A stretch of DNA of 64,000 nucleotides from Desulfomonilia bacterium (GTDB lineage Bacteria > Desulfobacterota > Desulfomonilia > UBA1062). The notes under the pieces are model-generated. The model was not told the DNA's origin. It was given only the letters and a program-made list of their open reading frames with translations, and ran no database searches. This document shows, in pieces, positions 50,145 to 61,227 of this stretch (its first letter is position 1; every line of letters begins with the position of its first letter). The DNA lies in the NCBI GenBank assembly GCA_963664325.2, contig CAXXDQ010000003.1, positions 832,001-896,000 of the forward strand, written 5' to 3'. The position numbers and the translations under genes were made by a program.

Positions 50145-52049
50145 ATGGAGCTTGTTTTACTGCTGATAGCTGTTCCGTTGGTATCGGCCATCCTTGTGGC
50201 TGTTTTCAGGGCCCGGTCAATAAGGAATACCATTATCAGGGTGTCATTTGTTCTGATGACTGCGATTTCGATATGCCTGCTCATAACAATTTTAAAGAGT
50301 GATGCGGCTTATTTTGCTTTAGATTCACATCTGATCAGTGGAACCATGTTTGTAATCGAGGCGGCGATTGCAGCCTTCATAATTTTTCTAGGCATAAAAC
50401 ATAAAAAATATCTTGCCCCTCTTTTCGCAATCATCCAGTTGTCTCTGATGTCCTGGTATGAGTATAAAATTCCGGGCCAGACCGACAACCTGCCGGATCT
50501 TTTCATTGACAAACTTTCAATCATAATGGCGCTCATAATCGGTATAATAGGCGGCCTCATATGCGTCTACGCAATCGGCTATATGAGGGACTATCACAGT
50601 CACCACCCGGAAGTAAAAGACAGGCAGCCGGTTTTCTTCTTTATTATTTTTGTATTTCTGGCGGCAATGTTCGGCATAGTATTTTTAAACAGACTGCCAT
50701 GGCTCTTTTTCTGCTGGGAGATTACAACACTGTGCTCATTCCTGTTGATCGGGTACAGCCGGACCCCGGAGGCAACGGATAATGCATTTCTTGCGCTCAC
50801 CATGAATCTTGCAGGGGGTATCGCTTTCGCCCTTGCAATAGTCTGGCTGGCTTCGTCAGGGGTGCCTGTTTATCTTAATGAACTCATAAGCTCCCCGAAA
50901 GGCGCTGTCATGATACCGGTTGCGCTGATATGCTTTGCAGGCATAACGAAATCGGCCCAGCTGCCTTTTTCTTCATGGCTGCTTGGTGCAATGGTCGCAC
51001 CGACTCCGACATCCGCCCTGCTTCATTCAAGTACAATGGTAAAGGCAGGGGTCTATATAATCATCAGGCTGTCACCGCTGCTCAGCCATACGCTGACTGG
51101 CAGCATGGTATCTTTGATCGGGGCCATCACATTCCTTTTCGGGGCCTTTATTGCGGTATCACAATCAAATGCCAAAAAGATACTGGCCTGGTCGACGGTT
51201 TCGAACCTGGGGCTGATTGTGGCCTGTGCCGGAATAGGGACCTGGGAAACGGTATGGGCCGCCATGTTTCTTATTATATTCCATGCTGTTTCCAAGTCAC
51301 TGATGTTCCTTTGTGTGGGTACGGTTGAGAACAGGCTGGGCAGCCGCGACCTTGAGGATATGGATAATATAATAGTCAAATTGCCTACACTCGCGGTTAT
51401 GATGATCATCGGAATAGGCGGGATGTTTGTCGCACCATTCGGAATGCTTATCAGCAAATGGGCGGCAATCAGGGCATTTATTGATGCGAACCGCATATTG
51501 AGTCCCATCCTCCTTATCATACTTGCATACGGGAGTGCCGTAACCGTTTTGTTCTGGTCGAAATGGATCGGGAAGATGACATCGGCTTATACGCTCAGGA
51601 CTGCAAGAAATCCGATGGAAGACGAAATTTCAAGCGATGAGAGGTTTTCCCAGTGGGTTCATGCCATCCTGACGGTCTGCATATGCATCATGTTCCCCTT
51701 GATTTCAAGCTCGCTTGTCGAGCCCTATATTCTGAGCGTGTTTGGACATACATTTGACATAAACAGGAGCAATTTCGTTATAACGGGTATCATGATTGCA
51801 CTTGTAATTCTGCTGCCTGCCATTTCCGTACCGAGGCACAAAAGTCATTTTGAATATGCAGACCCGTACATGTCAGGTCGGAATGAGTATGCAGGCAGGG
51901 TATTTGAAGGGTCAATGGAGACCAGGAAGCAGCTTGAGCTGAGAAACTATTATCTTGGCAGGATTTTTGGCGAGAAAAAAACAGAGATGATCGGAAACAT
52001 CCTGGGGACATGCCTTATTGTCCTGTTATTCGGGGTAAGCCTTATATGA
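50145..52049 (+). CDS. echA: Ech hydrogenase subunit A (NuoL-like)
   Basis: WEITTLCSFLLIG, TKSAQLPF..WL..AMVAPTP.SALLHSSTMV. Confidence 0.92.
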   Translation: MELVLLLIAVPLVSAILVAVFRARSIRNTIIRVSFVLMTAISICLLITILKSDAAYFALDSHLISGTMFVIEAAIAAFIIFLGIKHKKYLAPLFAIIQLSLMSWYEYKIPGQTDNLPDLFIDKLSIIMALIIGIIGGLICVYAIGYMRDYHSHHPEVKDRQPVFFFIIFVFLAAMFGIVFLNRLPWLFFCWEITTLCSFLLIGYSRTPEATDNAFLALTMNLAGGIAFALAIVWLASSGVPVYLNELISSPKGAVMIPVALICFAGITKSAQLPFSSWLLGAMVAPTPTSALLHSSTMVKAGVYIIIRLSPLLSHTLTGSMVSLIGAITFLFGAFIAVSQSNAKKILAWSTVSNLGLIVACAGIGTWETVWAAMFLIIFHAVSKSLMFLCVGTVENRLGSRDLEDMDNIIVKLPTLAVMMIIGIGGMFVAPFGMLISKWAAIRAFIDANRILSPILLIILAYGSAVTVLFWSKWIGKMTSAYTLRTARNPMEDEISSDERFSQWVHAILTVCICIMFPLISSSLVEPYILSVFGHTFDINRSNFVITGIMIALVILLPAISVPRHKSHFEYADPYMSGRNEYAGRVFEGSMETRKQLELRNYYLGRIFGEKKTEMIGNILGTCLIVLLFGVSLI

Positions 52050-52902
52050 AGTACCTCGCGGTAGCAATAGCGTATATATTCCTGGCCCCTTTTATAGGGG
52101 GGATTCTCTTCGGAATTGACAGAAAGATAACGGCAAGAATGCAGAGAAGGGTTGGACCTCCGGTGCTCCAGCCGTTCTATGATGTCCTGAAGCTGGCGCA
52201 GAAGCATACCCAGGTTGTAAACAGGCTCCAGGTCCCGGCGGTCTTATGCCATCTGGTGTTCACTATGATGACAGGTTTCCTTTTCTTTGAAGGCAGCGAT
52301 GTCCTCTTGATCATTTTTGTCCTGACGCTCTCTGCCGTTTTTCTCATAATCGGCGCCTATTCTTCAAGCTCACCGTTCAGCTTCCTGGGTGCAGAAAGGG
52401 AGCTGATTCTAATGACCGCCTATGAACCCATGGTGCTTCTCACTCTTATCGGGATTTACAAGGTCATAGGCAGCTTCAGCCTTTATGGGATCATCAATAC
52501 AGGCATCCCCCTGATAGCTTATCTTCCCGGCATCTTTATCGGTTTTGTTTATATCCTGACGATGAAGCTGAGAAAATCCCCGTTTGACATATCGGCCTCC
52601 CACCACGCACACCAGGAAATTGTGAAGGGGCTCACCTCTGATTTTCGGGTTTGACCCTTGCCATGATTGAATTGGCCCATTGGTATGAAACAGTCTTTCT
52701 GCTTGGCCTGGTATATGTCTTTTTTGCATTCAATCCGCTAATAGGAGTTCTGGCTGCATTATTGACTTTCTTCCTTGAGATCCTTGTTGACAATACCTTT
52801 GCACGGTTCAAGTGGGACAAGATTCTTAATGAGGCCTGGCTTGTGGCCCTGATTTTAGGCGGCGGAAATATTGTCGCACTGTATATATTTATGAGAGGTT
52901 AG
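52046..52902 (+). pseudogene. echB: Ech hydrogenase subunit B (NuoH-like), split by a 1-nt frameshift
   Basis: GIDRKITARMQRRVGPP...KSPFDISASHHAHQEIVKG, then a frame change near 52642-52645; may be a sequencing error. Confidence 0.85.
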
Positions 52903-52903
52903 G

Positions 52904-53344
52904 ATGTCTTTTTTTAATAAATCACCATGGATAATTCATTATGACGGGTCGAGCTGCAATGGCTGTGATATAGAAGTGCTGGCATGTCTGACACCGCTAT
53001 ATGATATCGAACGCTTCGGTATCATCAATACGGGAAATCCCAAACATGCGGATATTCTGCTTATAACCGGTTCAGTGAACTTTCAGAATATTGATATCAT
53101 TAAAAACCTGTATTCACAGATTCCGGACCCCAAGGTTGTTGTCGCTGTGGGCATCTGTGCATGTTCGGGAGGCATTTTTGCCGAATGCTATAATGTCCTC
53201 GGGGGGGTGGACAAGGTGATACCAGTAGATGTTTATGTTCAGGGATGCGCGGCCAGGCCGGAAGCCATAATAGATGGCGTGGTGAAGTCGCTTGGCATCC
53301 TGGAAAAGCGTTTCAGTGATTTTAAAAAAGACAGGGCGGCTTGA
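52904..53344 (+). CDS. echC: Ech hydrogenase small subunit C
   Basis: SCNGCDIE, NPKHAD, GICACSGG, GCAARPE. Confidence 0.94.
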   Translation: MSFFNKSPWIIHYDGSSCNGCDIEVLACLTPLYDIERFGIINTGNPKHADILLITGSVNFQNIDIIKNLYSQIPDPKVVVAVGICACSGGIFAECYNVLGGVDKVIPVDVYVQGCAARPEAIIDGVVKSLGILEKRFSDFKKDRAA

Positions 53345-53345
53345 G

Positions 53346-53759
53346 ATGGCGGCAGATAAAAAGATAATCGAGATAGAGATCAGAGAACTTATTGAAAGTG
53401 CTAGTACCATGAAGGAGGAGGGTGCCCGTCTGGTACAGATATGCTGTGTGAAAGAACCTGCAGGAAAGGGGCAGGCGTCTCATTTCGAACTTCATTATAC
53501 ATTCGACAAGACATATCATCTGACCGGCTACAAGTTGACGGTGGCACCCGAAACTGAAATTCCCAGCATAACCGGGATTTACCCCTGCGCATTTCTTTAT
53601 GAAAACGAAATGCACGATCTTTTTGGAATCAGGATAAAGGGTATCAACATCGATTATGAAGGGACGCTTTACAAGCTGGCCAGACCAAAGCCTTTCAACC
53701 CTGATGTTGAGAAACCAGATAAAGCTGCAGACAAAGCGGTGGAAATAAATGGAAAGTAG
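53346..53759 (+). CDS. echD: Ech hydrogenase subunit D (NuoC-like)
   Basis: RLVQIC, PSITGIY..AFLYENEMHDLFG. Confidence 0.9.
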   Translation: MAADKKIIEIEIRELIESASTMKEEGARLVQICCVKEPAGKGQASHFELHYTFDKTYHLTGYKLTVAPETEIPSITGIYPCAFLYENEMHDLFGIRIKGINIDYEGTLYKLARPKPFNPDVEKPDKAADKAVEINGK

Positions 53760-54843
53760 AGCGGACAAAAAACGGACCACCATCCCATTCGGCCCGCAGC
53801 ACCCGGTCCTGCCTGAGCCGATACATTTTGATTTTGTCCTTGATGATGAGACGGTTGTCGATGTCGTTCCGTCTATCGGTTACATACACCGGGGGCTGGA
53901 GACACTGGTTCAAAAGAGAGAATATACTGAATTTGTATACGTGGCGGAGCGTATATGCGGGATCTGCAGCTTTATACACGGTATGGGATATTGTGAGGCG
54001 ATAGAAGAGATAATGAAAGTGGAGATTCCTCCCAGGGCGAAATATCTGCGCGTTATATGGGGGGAACTTTCCAGACTCCACAGCCATTTGCTCTGGCTTG
54101 GTCTTGCAGCGGATGCGTTCGGGTTTGAAAACCTTTTCATGCAGGCCTGGCGGGCGCGTGAGACTATACTTGATATTGTTGAAGAAACGACAGGAGGACG
54201 TGTTATCTTCGGGGCGTGCAGAATCGGCGGGGTGAGAAGGGATATTGATGCCGACATGCTCAAGAGGATTATCGCTACGCTTTATGAATTTGAAAAGGAC
54301 GTCAGGGAGATAACGGATATCTTCCTCAATGACAGTTCCGTCAAGCACAGGCTTTGCGGAATAGGCGTCCTTTCGAAAGAAGATGCATATGCAGCCGGTG
54401 CGGTCGGGCCCATGCTCCGTGCAAGCGGGGTGGAATTTGACTGCAGAAAACTTGGCTACGATGCATACCCGGATATCAGTTTCGAGATAATTTCGGCAAG
54501 TGAAGGCGATTGCTATGCCAGGTGCAAGGTGCGTATTGGCGAGATATTCCAGTCGCTGGGAATTATCAGGCAGGCGGCAATAAGGATTCCGGAAGGCGAG
54601 GTTTCTATCCAGGTAAAAGGTTCACCGGAAGGCGAGGCGTTTGTAAGATTTGAACAGCCCAGGGGAGAAGTCGTCTATTTTGCAAAGGGGAACGGGACGA
54701 AATTTCTAAGCCGGTTCAGGGCAAGGACGCCGACATTTGCAAACATACCCGCCATGATTCAGGTCATGAAAGGCTGCAACTTTGCGGATGTCCCCAGCAT
54801 AATTCTGACAATAGACCCTTGCATAAGCTGTACTGAGAGGTAG
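53749..54843 (+). CDS. echE: Ech [NiFe] hydrogenase large subunit E (group 4)
   Basis: PFGPQHPVLPEP, L1 ERICGIC, L2 DPCISCTER with no C-terminal extension. Confidence 0.95.
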   Translation: MESRADKKRTTIPFGPQHPVLPEPIHFDFVLDDETVVDVVPSIGYIHRGLETLVQKREYTEFVYVAERICGICSFIHGMGYCEAIEEIMKVEIPPRAKYLRVIWGELSRLHSHLLWLGLAADAFGFENLFMQAWRARETILDIVEETTGGRVIFGACRIGGVRRDIDADMLKRIIATLYEFEKDVREITDIFLNDSSVKHRLCGIGVLSKEDAYAAGAVGPMLRASGVEFDCRKLGYDAYPDISFEIISASEGDCYARCKVRIGEIFQSLGIIRQAAIRIPEGEVSIQVKGSPEGEAFVRFEQPRGEVVYFAKGNGTKFLSRFRARTPTFANIPAMIQVMKGCNFADVPSIILTIDPCISCTER

Positions 54844-54846
54844 GAC

Positions 54847-55236
54847 ATGCCCTATTTTATAATGGCCGGCAGAACAATGAAAAACCTTTTCAGCAGGCCT
54901 GCAACAAGGCTTTATCCCATAAAGAAGAGGCTGCCCTTTACCGTTTCAAGAGGGCACATCACCAATAATATGGAAACATGTATCTTCTGCGGAATCTGCC
55001 AGAAGAAATGTCCTACAGACGCCATATCAGTTGCCCGCAAAGAAAAGACATGGGAGATACAGAGGCTTAAGTGCATCGCCTGCGGTTGCTGTGTCGATGT
55101 ATGTCCGAAGAACAGTCTTACAATGAATAATGCATATTCATTGCCTGTAGCAGGAAATGAAAAGGATATGGCCAGAAACCTTTTCACGGCTGCAAATACA
55201 GCACAAACCGGGCAGTCAGAAAAAGAAGATACCTGA
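54847..55236 (+). CDS. echF: Ech hydrogenase subunit F (2x[4Fe-4S])
   Basis: PATRLYP, CIFCGICQKKCP, CIACGCCVDVCP. Confidence 0.92.
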   Translation: MPYFIMAGRTMKNLFSRPATRLYPIKKRLPFTVSRGHITNNMETCIFCGICQKKCPTDAISVARKEKTWEIQRLKCIACGCCVDVCPKNSLTMNNAYSLPVAGNEKDMARNLFTAANTAQTGQSEKEDT

Positions 55237-55238
55237 GG

Positions 55239-56669
55239 CTAGCCGGAGTTTTTATCGAGCATTTTGAGGTAATCGATATTTCCCTGCATGCCAACCCATC
55301 TTAGCGGTTCGGGTGGGATCGGTATCAGTGAGCGGTTGTAAAATGGCATATCCTTCCACTTTTCCGTCTCACCTGCATAAATATCAGAAATCATACGTCC
55401 GAAGAGAATTGACATGTTGACTCCATGTCCGCAGTATGCAAGGCCGTAATAGATATTGCCGTGCTTGCCCATTACGCCCACTGACTGGTTGAAATCGATG
55501 GTGAAACCCATCACTCCGCTCCAGATATATTCAAATTCCGTTTTAGACAGTTTTGGGTATATCCTGGACAGCTCTTTTTTTAAGATATCGTAAGGAACCT
55601 TTATGTCCCCTTTATAAGTAATGCCGTTATTGAAGAAATAATCCACATGCCCTGCGCCAATCAATATTCTTCCGTCTCTGGTATTGCCTGCATGAAACAG
55701 GATATTTCTCGTATCGGAAAACGGGATCCCGCTTGTCCAGCCTATATCGTTCAGAACAGATGGCGGCAGCTGAGGCGTTACTGCGATCTGCGTATGAACT
55801 GCCATCACTGAATATTTGAAAAAGCCGAGCTTTGAAGTGTATCCGTTGGTTGCCAGTACAATAGCCCCGGCCTTGACCCTGTTCTGGTTTTTGCCGGCTT
55901 TGAGTAATACTGTTTCTCCCTGTGTTATTTCGAAAACAGGACTGTCCTCATAAATAACGACACCGGAGGATATTGCGGTTTTCTTTAAGGCATTGACAAG
56001 TTTCATCGGATGAATCTGCCCGCCATTAGGTTCATACAATGAACCGTAGTAGACGTCGGTTCCGATAGCCTTTTTTGTTTTTTGCCTGTCCCAGAATTCC
56101 ACCGGGATACCCATTGTCTGAGCCTTCCTTACATATTCCAGCTGCTTTTCCACCTGATTTTTACTTACAATCACGAGCAGGATGCCTTTTAATGACAGGT
56201 CGCATTCAACCCCGGATTCCTTGACCAGTCTGATTATCTCCTTCTGGTTTTCAACAGTGATGCTGTATGTCATTTTATGGGTATCCGGATTTGAATACAC
56301 ATCCATATACTCCATATTCGGCTGCGGAAGGATCATCCCGCCGTTCCTGCCCGATGCCCCCTGGCCTGTACCGCGGGCTTCAAGCAGGACTATTTTCTTT
56401 CCAGGAAATCTTTTTTTCAGACAGCAGGCTGCAGAAAGTCCGGTATAGCCTCCACCGATAATTGCGATATCGGCTTCAATATCAGTCTCAAGAGGAGGAT
56501 TCTTTTCTGAGCTTGAAAGAGCCCAGTAGCTGTTGTTTGAATCAAATTCAAGTTTTTCCTTACAGACCAGCGGAGTGATTATTTCTGTGCCGGCTGTAAC
56601 AGCGGCTGCACCACCGACAACTGCCGCTCCGCGTTTTAGGAAACTTCTCCTGGAAATTTTATTTTCCAA
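55239..56669 (-). CDS. FAD-dependent oxidoreductase (DAO/PuuB-like) with Tat signal
   Basis: SRRSFLK; IIGGGYTG, GASGRNGG, ATNGY, YCGHGV; TTG start at 56669 after AGGAGG. Confidence 0.88.
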   Translation of the reverse strand: MENKISRRSFLKRGAAVVGGAAAVTAGTEIITPLVCKEKLEFDSNNSYWALSSSEKNPPLETDIEADIAIIGGGYTGLSAACCLKKRFPGKKIVLLEARGTGQGASGRNGGMILPQPNMEYMDVYSNPDTHKMTYSITVENQKEIIRLVKESGVECDLSLKGILLVIVSKNQVEKQLEYVRKAQTMGIPVEFWDRQKTKKAIGTDVYYGSLYEPNGGQIHPMKLVNALKKTAISSGVVIYEDSPVFEITQGETVLLKAGKNQNRVKAGAIVLATNGYTSKLGFFKYSVMAVHTQIAVTPQLPPSVLNDIGWTSGIPFSDTRNILFHAGNTRDGRILIGAGHVDYFFNNGITYKGDIKVPYDILKKELSRIYPKLSKTEFEYIWSGVMGFTIDFNQSVGVMGKHGNIYYGLAYCGHGVNMSILFGRMISDIYAGETEKWKDMPFYNRSLIPIPPEPLRWVGMQGNIDYLKMLDKNSG

Positions 56670-56816
56670 AGCCAACCTCCTATTCAAAATTCAAATTTAC
56701 CAATTTTCTTATACCATCTGTCAGCCGGAATATACATGACTAGTTTTGTTCATCACTGGACTATTGGTACCGCAGCATTATTTTTTTGAATATCTTATTT
56801 TTCCCAGGAGGCGGAT

Positions 56817-57932
56817 ATGTTGTTTGCCTGGAGGATGTTCTGGTTTTATGTGGGGGTGTCAACATTGATCCTGTGCGCCTGCAGTTCCGGCAGCAGCAGT
56901 TTTGAAGAAGCGGGACAGACATCAGGTAACGAATCTGTAAAATCAGAATGCCAAGACGTGATCCCCGCAGCATATGCGCTGTGGAGCGAATTTTTACCTG
57001 TTGATGAAGTTATTTCGAAAATCCCGGTTTTATATGAAAAAGGCATAGCCCTTTATCAGGCGATACCTTCAGACAAGATTGGTGACAAAGAGATTGCCCG
57101 TCTGCTGGGTGAAGTTTCTTGCAGCGGTATCGAGTTAAGGGCCTGGCTCACTCTTCCCAATGAACAAGGCTACTGGCCGAACGAAAAAAATGCCGGGCTG
57201 TTTTCCAAGAAGGCTCTTGAACTTGCAGGGTGGATAAAACAATCCGGCTGGAATATAGATTGGATCGTTGTTGATATGGAACCTGATTATGCAATGTTGA
57301 AATCTTTATTCGAATCTCTGGGCTCCGGTAATTTAATTGAAGCTGTCAAGATACTTAAAGAAAATCATAATCCAGAGATGTATGAAAATTCCGTTAAAAC
57401 ATTCAGAAAGCTTGTGGATGATCTTCATGCAATGGGATTCAGGGTTATGGTTGTAACATTTCCCATGGTGCTGGATGACATGTTTGACGGGGACAGCAGC
57501 ATACAGAATCTGTTGAATATACCGGTATCGGGGATTGACTGGGACATGGTTTCCTTTATGACCTATTCTACAATCTTCGAAATGATTCTGGGAAGTGATG
57601 TGAATGAATATCTCGTTTATTCCTATGGAAGGGATGCCGTAAGGTTTTTTGGAAACAGGGCGGCTGTTGAACTTGGAATTATTGGCGGTGGCGGTATGAT
57701 CGAAAATATCGGCATAACTGATACGGGAAAACTTGAAGAACAGGTTGCTGCTGCCAAATATGCCGGTATTAAAGCGATTCACGCATACTCTCTCGATGGA
57801 ATATTAAGCCTGGATGAAAACGATGGATTCTTTGATATTTTCAATGCATCAGCACATACCAGGCCCGAAACTCAATTTTCCATACTTGTAATCCGGAACG
57901 CCCTAAAATTATTGGATAAACTTATTGATTAA
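56817..57932 (+). CDS. Hypothetical lipoprotein (possible TIM-barrel glycoside hydrolase-like)
   Basis: Lipobox LCAC; VVDMEP and VSFMTY strand motifs; function is inference. Confidence 0.65.
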   Translation: MLFAWRMFWFYVGVSTLILCACSSGSSSFEEAGQTSGNESVKSECQDVIPAAYALWSEFLPVDEVISKIPVLYEKGIALYQAIPSDKIGDKEIARLLGEVSCSGIELRAWLTLPNEQGYWPNEKNAGLFSKKALELAGWIKQSGWNIDWIVVDMEPDYAMLKSLFESLGSGNLIEAVKILKENHNPEMYENSVKTFRKLVDDLHAMGFRVMVVTFPMVLDDMFDGDSSIQNLLNIPVSGIDWDMVSFMTYSTIFEMILGSDVNEYLVYSYGRDAVRFFGNRAAVELGIIGGGGMIENIGITDTGKLEEQVAAAKYAGIKAIHAYSLDGILSLDENDGFFDIFNASAHTRPETQFSILVIRNALKLLDKLID

Positions 57933-57937
57933 ATGAT

Positions 57938-57980
57938 AAAGAGGAAAAGCCTTTTATTCCTAAGGCATTTCCTCTTTTTT
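57938..57980. terminator. Bidirectional intrinsic terminator
   Basis: AAAGAGGAAAAGCCTT...AAGGCATTTCCTCTTTTTT between convergent genes. Confidence 0.7.
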
Positions 57981-58012
57981 ATAACTAAAATCAAATAACA
58001 TTCAGAAGAATT

Positions 58013-58591
58013 TTATTTCCGGTTTCTTTTCCTTGCGGCAAAGCCTGCACCGATCATCCCGATTCCGAGAAGTGTCAATGTCGCCGGTTCAGGGACCGGG
58101 GCCGGAGCTGCCGGATTGTAGGTAAGCTTGAAATCCGCTCCGGTTACATAGAAATCAGAAAGGCATTGCCCTGTATCGTCAACCCTGACAACAACCTGAC
58201 CATTTATAACCTGAGCAGTAAATACAAGGTTCATGGTGTCAATTTCCCTGCGCATTACTTCTGTTCCATTGATAAATGCCCTTCCGTATTCCAGCCATAT
58301 GTCTCCATCATCTTTGAATTTTATGGTGAGGCTGCCGGTTATTGGAGAGTCGTCAGCAGGCGGATTGAATGTAAATGAATGTGACCATGTCAGGAAATCC
58401 CCACCCTTTTCGAGCAGATTCACTTTGCAGCCGCCATAGCCAAGAAGTTTTGCAACACCATCGCCTGTTGATATGGTGTCGCTTGGGGCACTTCCGAAAC
58501 TTATGTGATTTTCAAGAGTGATGGGTGCTGCGAATAGAGGACCGGCTAGCATGAAAATCATTGCTGATAAAATAACGACCACCTTTTTCAT
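58013..58591 (-). CDS. PEP-CTERM sorting domain protein
   Basis: Signal peptide; C-terminal VPEPATLTLLGIGMIGAGFAARKRNRK. Confidence 0.93.
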   Translation of the reverse strand: MKKVVVILSAMIFMLAGPLFAAPITLENHISFGSAPSDTISTGDGVAKLLGYGGCKVNLLEKGGDFLTWSHSFTFNPPADDSPITGSLTIKFKDDGDIWLEYGRAFINGTEVMRREIDTMNLVFTAQVINGQVVVRVDDTGQCLSDFYVTGADFKLTYNPAAPAPVPEPATLTLLGIGMIGAGFAARKRNRK

Positions 58592-58644
58592 TAAAAAAAT
58601 CCTCCGTTGTATTTCTTATGATGTGTCAAACTGATAATATTATT

Positions 58645-58660
58645 AGCAACAGGCATGCCT
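58645..58660 (-). promoter_or_regulatory. Sigma-54 promoter of PEP-CTERM gene
   Basis: Minus strand AGGCAT-GCCTG-TTGCT; possible activator site TGT-N12-ACA at 58757-58774. Confidence 0.55.
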
Positions 58661-58884
58661 AAATACTGAGATAGATGGATTAGAATATATTAAAATATAT
58701 AACTATAAGATATTGCACAGCAAATAGATTTGAATTGGGCAATATTCATGTCTGGATGTAAAGGATCTGATACAAGTGCATCAGCTGAATTTTATCAGGT
58801 GCAGGGAAATGTTTCCCATTGAAAGAAAAAAATTCTCTTGTCTGTTCGTTTTTTTCTTATTTCTTTTATGCACTGCATAAAATA

Positions 58885-61227
58885 TCACTCTACAAGAAAA
58901 TCATAATCAATCTTGAAACTGCCCTGCGGCAGGCCTTCCATGCTGGACATGATTGAAAGTGTGAGTTCATGCGGCTCCTGGGTTTCAGGGGTGGTAAATT
59001 TAACCGGGCATATTTCATTGAAGCCATGCCGGACCTTTCTTGTGAATGTATTACTGGCAATTATATTACCGTCAGTTTCATCCGTTACGGTCCAGGTGAT
59101 TGTCTGTGGCGTATCAGGCATGAAGGAATCATTCATGATCACTAATGTACGATTTATTGTCCTTGCTGCAGGCAGGAGGACGGGACCGAATGTTCCGTCA
59201 GGATTGGATTTTGTTCTTGTATAATCATAATCGAAAACAGCGATCGGATGATATGACTGGCGTAAATTTTTTACCAGAGCGTCTTTCTGCTCCAGGGAAT
59301 AAAGCGAGTGATAGTAAAGGCTCCAGGGATGCTCTTTCCCTTCCGGGTCAAAGAAATGCCAGGCCCAGTTCATTTTATAGGGTCTCATGTCTGAAAAACC
59401 CAGGATCCTCATGGCCCTGACCGCTATACCCTGCATAGCCTTCGTCTGGTCAGGCGTATGTTTTGTCCAGTCACGGTTGCGCACAACCATTGTCTCACCA
59501 ACCCCGCATGGCACATCCTTGACAAGAAACGGCCTGAAATTACATATCGCATCATCATACCACTCGATGTCTGGGTCATCAGTGAAAAGAAGTCCTGTAA
59601 GTGAAGGATAATGCCAGTTTACAGTTTCGGGTTTAAATCCGGAAAGCCTTAAAAGTCCCGAATCACCATCCCAGTTCACAGGGCGCGGTTCGGTCCATTT
59701 GTTGTCAGGCCGTTTTATTGTATCAGCCTCTTTTGCGGGATATTTAAGCTTGTCTATCTGGCATAGAGAGAGATCGAGGATATATAAGAACATCTCGTTT
59801 TCCAGAGACCACATAATTATTGACGGATGATTCCTGGTTGCCTTCACCCATGCATCGATGAAGGTCAGGCTGTTCTCAATATATTTAAAATCCAGCCAGG
59901 ATAACGGCGGGATTATATCAATGCGTGCATATACGGCGGATTCGGAGATGACGAGGATGCCAAGTTCATCGCATAAAGAATAAACAGACTCTTCAGGAGG
60001 CGCCTGATGGAACCGGATTGTATTTATGTTCAAGTCCTTGATCCTCTTGAGCGTATCTCTCACAGTATCAGCCGAAAAATATTTCAATGCCCAGTATCTT
60101 GGACGTGATGCCTGATCATCGACATTGTCACCAATCAGGTTCATGCGCATGCCGTTAAGCATGAAATTGCCGTTTTCTATCCACACTTCCCTGAAGCCGA
60201 AACGGTCTTCCCTCAAATCAACAGGTTGGCCTGCTTCATCTGTAAGCAGAGTTCTGAGTTTATAAAGATGCGGATTTACCGGTGACCAGCAGATGGGGTT
60301 ATCCCATCTCTCAACCACGACCGTCTTTATGCTCGAGTGAGCAGGCACAATTACTTTTTGAGCTTTTGTCTCGATGGCAGGTTTGCTGTTATTGTCCTCT
60401 GCCCGGCTGATAATCCAAACACTCTGTTCAATCTCGAGCGAATTGGTCAGTGTGTATTCGAGAGTGATTTCTTTTTGCCTGACCGAAGAAACTATGAATA
60501 CATCATTTATATATACTGAAGGTCTTGTCTGAATTGCGACCGGCCTGTAAAGCCCTGTGATATCAGTATGGCTGTAGTATCCGGCAGGCCATGAAGGATG
60601 AGTGCTCTTGCCGTCCATCAAAGCGGAACCGTCTGTCAGTTCAACCCTGAGCCTGTTTTTGCCGCTTCTGACCGCTCTTGAAACATCAAATGAAACCTTC
60701 ATATACGGACCTGTATGTGACCCGCAGTATACATCGTTGAAATAAACATCTGCTTTGTGATGGATTGATTCAAATTCTATCTTTGTAACTGCCCCCGGCT
60801 CCGGTATTTCTATATCACGCAGGTAAGTCCCCTTATGAATTATCCTTTTTTCCCAGTTCACACCTTCAATAATGTCGAGCTGATAGTCAGGTGTGCCGTC
60901 CAAATAACCGGGAAAGCTTTTATATCCTTCCCACTTGGGATATGCCTCCCAAAATCCTGGCACTTCAACTTCGCGCGGTTGGTACCCTTCCGGGATAAAC
61001 GTCCATGTTCCGTTGAGGCTGCTTTCTGATCTGAGGGTCTTGTCCGGTTCCTGCCAATGGGGGATAAAATTCGTCTCGGTACTATTTAATCCGGAAACAG
61101 TTCCATCCCGGATGTCTGCTGTTGCAGATTCATTATTATCGGCTGAGCACGAAACAAACGTAAGAAATAAAGAAAGTAAACATATGGGTAACAGAAAATA
61201 ATTTTTAAACAAGTTCCCATTCCTCAT
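58885..61227 (-). CDS. Glycoside hydrolase family 2 lipoprotein
   Basis: Lipobox FVSC; SLNGTWTF, TGLYRPV, WSP..P.LY, RFGFRE, RNHPSIIMWSLENE. Confidence 0.88.
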   Translation of the reverse strand: MRNGNLFKNYFLLPICLLSLFLTFVSCSADNNESATADIRDGTVSGLNSTETNFIPHWQEPDKTLRSESSLNGTWTFIPEGYQPREVEVPGFWEAYPKWEGYKSFPGYLDGTPDYQLDIIEGVNWEKRIIHKGTYLRDIEIPEPGAVTKIEFESIHHKADVYFNDVYCGSHTGPYMKVSFDVSRAVRSGKNRLRVELTDGSALMDGKSTHPSWPAGYYSHTDITGLYRPVAIQTRPSVYINDVFIVSSVRQKEITLEYTLTNSLEIEQSVWIISRAEDNNSKPAIETKAQKVIVPAHSSIKTVVVERWDNPICWSPVNPHLYKLRTLLTDEAGQPVDLREDRFGFREVWIENGNFMLNGMRMNLIGDNVDDQASRPRYWALKYFSADTVRDTLKRIKDLNINTIRFHQAPPEESVYSLCDELGILVISESAVYARIDIIPPLSWLDFKYIENSLTFIDAWVKATRNHPSIIMWSLENEMFLYILDLSLCQIDKLKYPAKEADTIKRPDNKWTEPRPVNWDGDSGLLRLSGFKPETVNWHYPSLTGLLFTDDPDIEWYDDAICNFRPFLVKDVPCGVGETMVVRNRDWTKHTPDQTKAMQGIAVRAMRILGFSDMRPYKMNWAWHFFDPEGKEHPWSLYYHSLYSLEQKDALVKNLRQSYHPIAVFDYDYTRTKSNPDGTFGPVLLPAARTINRTLVIMNDSFMPDTPQTITWTVTDETDGNIIASNTFTRKVRHGFNEICPVKFTTPETQEPHELTLSIMSSMEGLPQGSFKIDYDFLVE

